Shown here: positions 23,279 through 27,467 of the stretch, in pieces
Numbering within the stretch: position 1 is the first letter of the stretch
Layout: each line of letters starts with the position of its first letter
From: a virus
Lineage: Duplodnaviria > Caudoviricetes
Reading direction: 5' to 3' (one strand)
Virus record (IMG/VR): IMGVR_UViG_3300048670_000299
Location: 1 to 27,467 of that record
DNA length: 27,467 nt
Program-made: the position numbers and the translations under genes
The notes under the pieces: generated by a model
What the model saw: the letters and a program-made list of their open reading frames with translations, nothing else
Databases searched by the model: none
What the model was told of the DNA's origin: nothing

Positions 23279-23358
23279 AAGGTATCATACTGGAATACTT
23301 AATACAAGCGTTATTTTACATTTTTTAAAAGAAATATGTGTTTATATTCAATAACTTA
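23279..23358 (-). promoter_or_regulatory. Promoter with upstream IHF-like site
   Basis: TTGTAT-17 nt-TACCTT (23307-23279); ATTCAAtaacTTA at 23346-23358, 1 mismatch. Confidence 0.6.
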
Positions 23359-23404
23359 TTATTATAATTGTTCACGTTTTGTTCTAATGAAGGTGAGAAA
23401 CGAA

Positions 23405-24079
23405 TTATCTCCAATGATTTTTAACCCATTCTTGATTTGATTCATGGGGGTCGGGTTTGCCATGAAAGACGGCAATCTTTGAGTTCTTATCTTCCTCATA
23501 AGTTTGTTCTTTAGAATCATATCTAGGATTATTTCTGTCATACCATTTGTATGAAAATGACCAATCATCTGGATATATTTTTAATATATCTTTATCACGT
23601 ATTATATCTGTAATAACTTGTTGATCGTTATGATAATTATTATAGTGATCTTGCCATTCTATATAATTTTTCCATATAATAGAGGCCGTATCATTATTCC
23701 ATTTCATTATACTGGAATTGTATTCATTAAATTCTCTTTCGAAATCATTTATTATACAAAATGAATTATCTTCTCCATAAGTAGCAAAACAATCAATATT
23801 TTTTGTAATGACTATATCTATATCAAAATATAGGTTTACACCTTGAAGTCCAATATCAGTATTAAATAATTGTAATTTATTCCACCAACCCTTATAACCT
23901 TTTAATGGTAAGTCTTTATAAATGATGTCTCCATAAACATGATCAAACATATTAGTATGATCCGTAAAACAATAAAACTTATAAGGTACAGTCAAATGCC
24001 TTTGCACCATATTATATAATTTTTGAACGTAATCTCTAGTGTATTTGTTACCATAAAAAACACAACAAACATTTATCAT
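23405..24079 (-). CDS. Glycosyltransferase-like protein (GT-A fold)
   Basis: CCVFYGNKY..YVQKLYNMV, FYCFTD, GWWNKLQLF, YFDID (DxD), NSSIM, DQ, VFHGKPDP. Confidence 0.75.
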   Translation of the reverse strand: MINVCCVFYGNKYTRDYVQKLYNMVQRHLTVPYKFYCFTDHTNMFDHVYGDIIYKDLPLKGYKGWWNKLQLFNTDIGLQGVNLYFDIDIVITKNIDCFATYGEDNSFCIINDFEREFNEYNSSIMKWNNDTASIIWKNYIEWQDHYNNYHNDQQVITDIIRDKDILKIYPDDWSFSYKWYDRNNPRYDSKEQTYEEDKNSKIAVFHGKPDPHESNQEWVKNHWR

Positions 24080-24618
24080 AATGTACTATGGCCAGCCTTT
24101 GCAATATAATAAGCATCTATTATATCTGTTACTGGATTGTTTAATGTAGGTATATCAAATGTTTTCATCATGTTTGTACCAGTATCGGTAGTAAACTGTT
24201 CATACATCTTTTGTTTATCTGCGTTACCTTTACCTGTGGCAAACTTCTTAATAACACTTGGTACTAATATCTTATAATCATATTGTTTTAATCTATACTT
24301 TAATATACCACCATTCTCTGCAATTTGAAATACAGCCTGACCTTTACTTCCAAAAGAATACCCTTCTATAAAGATTTGTGGATTCTCTAATTTGTTTATG
24401 ATAGATAATGCCCAAGTGGATAGATTGGCAAATCGTTCTATAGGATTAATGTACTCTGTATGTTCTGTACCTAGTATGTTCTTCATCATATTACCAATAT
24501 GTTTTTTCTTACTAGTTAAATAGTAAAAATAACAATCTTCAAACTTAAAACTACCGTTACTGACACAAATTGCTGGTGAATTTAAACTAAAATCAATTCC
24601 AACTATCGTTATCTTCAT
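24076..24618 (-). CDS. RuvC-like nuclease/Holliday junction resolvase
   Basis: IVGIDFS, FIEGYSFG, IKKFATGKGNADK, DIIDAYYI; start moved to MKITIVGID. Confidence 0.8.
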   Translation of the reverse strand: MKITIVGIDFSLNSPAICVSNGSFKFEDCYFYYLTSKKKHIGNMMKNILGTEHTEYINPIERFANLSTWALSIINKLENPQIFIEGYSFGSKGQAVFQIAENGGILKYRLKQYDYKILVPSVIKKFATGKGNADKQKMYEQFTTDTGTNMMKTFDIPTLNNPVTDIIDAYYIAKAGHSTL

Positions 24619-24781
24619 TTTCAACCTCAATCTCATCTTGTTGATCATCATAAGGTTGATCATCAACTTCATGCCCACAAAATGGACATGTTGTAGGATC
24701 TAGTTCCGTTTTTTCGTTATCCCATACAAGGATATATTTTGTTTTACAGTCATCACACTTTTTAGGAAGTTTAGTATTCAT
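24593..24781 (-). CDS. Small zinc-ribbon protein with acidic tail
   Basis: CDDC...CPFCG. Confidence 0.75.
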   Translation of the reverse strand: MNTKLPKKCDDCKTKYILVWDNEKTELDPTTCPFCGHEVDDQPYDDQQDEIEVENEDNDSWN

Positions 24782-25884
24782 TATAGTTTAAATTTCTTAA
24801 ATTGATCTTTCTTAACATCTTGTTTAATACCACCAATAACATAACTTTCAATTTCAGTTTCTTGTGGTGCATTTTGCATTGATTTACTATTTAACCAATG
24901 ATCTACCCATGGTAATGGATTTATCTTAGTATCATACTTAGGTTCTAATCCAATGGCCTTCATTCTACGATTTGCTGTGTACTCTACAAATTGATGCAAT
25001 AGTTTTTCTGATAAACCTATCATAGAACCTTGTGAGAACAAATAAGTTGCCCATTGCTTTTCTGATTTAACAGCATCATCATACATCTTATATACTTCTG
25101 CGTCTGTATCTTTAATAACCTTTAACATTATTTTATCGTTTTCAACGTCTTTATAGTTATTAATAATTCTTTGCGATACGGCCAGATGTTGACTTTCATC
25201 TCTTGCAATTAATGAAATTATCTTTGCTGAACCTTCTAATAGTTTTAATTCACCAAAAGCAAAACTACATGCAAACGATACATAAAATCTTAATCCTTCC
25301 AATATGTTTACTGTAATCAATGCCAACCATAATTTTTTCTTTAACTCATACATATCAACTTTATCCGGATTCAAGTGATACTTGTAACCCATTTCTATTA
25401 AATCATCATAACATTTAGTTACAGATTCAGCACGTTCTTCAATCTTCTTATCTTCTATAATTGTGTCAAAGATTTCACTTGGATTTGCATATAGATTTTT
25501 AATAATGTATGTATATGATCTGCTGTGTATTGTTTCCATAAAATCCCACGTTACAATACAACCCTCTAATTCGGGTAAAGAACAAAACGGTAAAAATGCC
25601 AAACAAGGTCCACGTCCTTGTACGCTATCTAACATTGTTTGGTATTTTAAATTAGAAGTAAATATATTTTTTTGTTCTGGTCTTAATTCTTGGTAATCAT
25701 TACGGTCTTTTTGTAACGATACTTCTTCTGGTCTCCAAAAGAAACCTAATTGTTGTTGTGTTAATTTATCAAATATAGGATACCTAAATGTATCATACCT
25801 TTGAACGGCCAAGTCATCACCAAAAAACATTTGTGCTTTAGTAAAGTCTAAACCTTTTGCTTTATTAAATACTGATTTATTCAT
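24781..25884 (-). CDS. nrdB: Ribonucleotide reductase class Ia beta subunit
   Basis: FFWRPEEV, LDSVQGR, METIHSRSY (radical Tyr), LEGLRFYVSF, RDESQH, APQETE. Confidence 0.97.
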   Translation of the reverse strand: MNKSVFNKAKGLDFTKAQMFFGDDLAVQRYDTFRYPIFDKLTQQQLGFFWRPEEVSLQKDRNDYQELRPEQKNIFTSNLKYQTMLDSVQGRGPCLAFLPFCSLPELEGCIVTWDFMETIHSRSYTYIIKNLYANPSEIFDTIIEDKKIEERAESVTKCYDDLIEMGYKYHLNPDKVDMYELKKKLWLALITVNILEGLRFYVSFACSFAFGELKLLEGSAKIISLIARDESQHLAVSQRIINNYKDVENDKIMLKVIKDTDAEVYKMYDDAVKSEKQWATYLFSQGSMIGLSEKLLHQFVEYTANRRMKAIGLEPKYDTKINPLPWVDHWLNSKSMQNAPQETEIESYVIGGIKQDVKKDQFKKFKL

Positions 25885-25896
25885 ATTTTCCTTTTA

Positions 25897-27467
25897 TTAT
25901 ATAGTACAGGATTCACAATCTTCCTGTGTTGTTGCCACTTCATTTATATCTACATCAGGCACGTTATCTTTGAATCCAACTGAATGTGCCGGTTCATCTA
26001 AATCTTTCTTACCATCATAAGTATTTTGATAGTAAGAGGTTTTCCAACCATACTTATACGTTGTTAATAAGTCGTTTATCATTACTGATAAAGGTACTTG
26101 TCCTGTATCATAATTCTCAGGATTATAAGACCAGTTACCACTAATGGCCTGATCAAAATACTTCTGCATTACTGCTACTATGTTTATATAACCTTCATTA
26201 GATTTCATATCCCATAGTAAAGTATAAAAGTTTTTCATAGTATTATAACTTGGAACAACTTGTTTTAATGGCCCTTTCTTAGACTTCTTAACTGACAAAT
26301 AATCTCTAGGTGGTTCTATACCATTTGTTTCATTAGATACAACACTTGAAGATTCTGATGGCATTTGAGCTGAGAGTGTGCTATGTCGAAGGCCATGCTC
26401 AACAATATCCTTCCTCAATTTCTCCCAATTAAATGATAGTTTTCTAGTTACTATTTCATCCACTTCTTTTTTGTAAGTATCAATTGGTAAGATACCATCA
26501 GAATATTTTGTACGATTAAAGTATTCACACTTACCTTTTTCTTTTGCAAGTGTATTACTTGCTTTTAAAAGATAATATTGGAATGCTTCTGTTAATTCAT
26601 CTACTAATTTCCACGCACCTTTTTCATGGTACATTAATTTGTTTTTTGCTAGATAGTGTGCTAGACCAATATAACCTATGCCTAAACTTCTTCTGGCCTT
26701 AGTTGATACTTCTGCTGCTTTAACTGGATATTCTTGGTGATCTATAATTTCATCTAACGATCTTACTGATAAATCACATAACTGTTCTAATTCTTCATAA
26801 TCTCTTAATATACCTAAATTGATTGCTGATAATATACATAATGCAATCTCTCCATCACCATCTATATGTTGTAATGGTTTAGTAGGTAATGTAATCTCTT
26901 GGCAAAGGTTTGACATTGTAATTGTATCTTTAAATGATGAATGTGTATTACAATGGTCTATATTCATAATATAGATACGGCCTGTTTCTGCACGTTCTTT
27001 TAATAGGCTTTGTATTAATTCTTGTGCTGATATTTTTTTCTTTTTAATAGATGTTTTCTTTTCATATTCTTCATATAACTTATCAAACTTATCTGTACCC
27101 CATGTATCATATAATTCAGGTACATCATGTGGTGAGAATAATGTTATTTGTTCATCATTAATAAATCTTTGATAAAATAATTTTGATAGTTGAATTGAAT
27201 AATCTAATTTTCTTACTCTATTATCTTCTGAACCTTTATTGTTTTTAAGAACTAATATATCAGATATTTCTTGGTGCCATATAGGAAAGTGAACTGTTGC
27301 ACTACCACCTCTTACACCGTTTTGTGTACAACATTTAACTGTTGCCTCAAACTTTTTAAGAAATGGTATTACACCAGTGTGCTGAACTTCGCCACCTCGT
27401 ATACGTGAATTAATTCCTCGTATGCGGCCTGCGTTAATTCCGATACCGGCACGTTGTGCAATATATC
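25897..27467 (-). CDS. nrdA: Ribonucleotide reductase class Ia alpha subunit, 5'-truncated by the window edge
   Basis: Frame stays open upstream of 26967 (TQNGVRGGSATVHFPIWHQE, KERAETGRIY); SNLCQEI, MPSESSS, KTSYY, C-terminal CESC. Confidence 0.97.
   Translation of the reverse strand, partial: YIAQRAGIGINAGRIRGINSRIRGGEVQHTGVIPFLKKFEATVKCCTQNGVRGGSATVHFPIWHQEISDILVLKNNKGSEDNRVRKLDYSIQLSKLFYQRFINDEQITLFSPHDVPELYDTWGTDKFDKLYEEYEKKTSIKKKKISAQELIQSLLKERAETGRIYIMNIDHCNTHSSFKDTITMSNLCQEITLPTKPLQHIDGDGEIALCILSAINLGILRDYEELEQLCDLSVRSLDEIIDHQEYPVKAAEVSTKARRSLGIGYIGLAHYLAKNKLMYHEKGAWKLVDELTEAFQYYLLKASNTLAKEKGKCEYFNRTKYSDGILPIDTYKKEVDEIVTRKLSFNWEKLRKDIVEHGLRHSTLSAQMPSESSSVVSNETNGIEPPRDYLSVKKSKKGPLKQVVPSYNTMKNFYTLLWDMKSNEGYINIVAVMQKYFDQAISGNWSYNPENYDTGQVPLSVMINDLLTTYKYGWKTSYYQNTYDGKKDLDEPAHSVGFKDNVPDVDINEVATTQEDCESCTI

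Noticed and set aside
413-25696. Other + strand ORFs and nested minus-strand ORFs (for example 1672-1875, 8770-8964, 13826-14080, 17955-18149, 23362-23568)
   Set aside because: They are shadows or alternative frames of well-supported genes and have no recognisable motifs.
24781-27467. Intron, intein or split in nrdA/nrdB
   Set aside because: Both frames are continuous. The short nrdA in the ORF track reflects truncation at the window edge.
1-27467. Stop-codon reassignment
   Set aside because: Conserved genes are full length in the standard code, and TAA, TAG and TGA all end genes at plausible positions.

Overview
AT-rich segment of a T4-like (myovirus-type) phage genome with essentially all genes on the minus strand. 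Core phage genes are nrdA (5'-truncated), nrdB, a RuvC-like resolvase, RNase H, glutaredoxin, a PD-(D/E)XK exonuclease, lysozyme, gp33 and gp59, plus TATAAATA late promoters. The host is most likely an alphaproteobacterium, plausibly SAR11-like: the window carries a circularly permuted two-piece tmRNA with the alphaproteobacterial GGCGGUA T-loop and a Shemin-pathway 5-aminolevulinate synthase. Accessory content includes hemA, a 1-Cys peroxiredoxin, SufE, an 809-aa S8 protease with a probable outer-membrane beta-barrel tail, an entericidin-like lipoprotein and many small membrane proteins below the ORF-track size cutoff. Non-coding highlights: (i) a structured ~120-nt RNA of unknown family between two copies of a 27-bp promoter repeat, next to the tmRNA; (ii) four promoters with IHF-consensus sites at helically phased distances (39, 39, 39 and 29 bp); (iii) several apparently leaderless transcripts. 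All family calls come from motif recognition by eye, not database searches.
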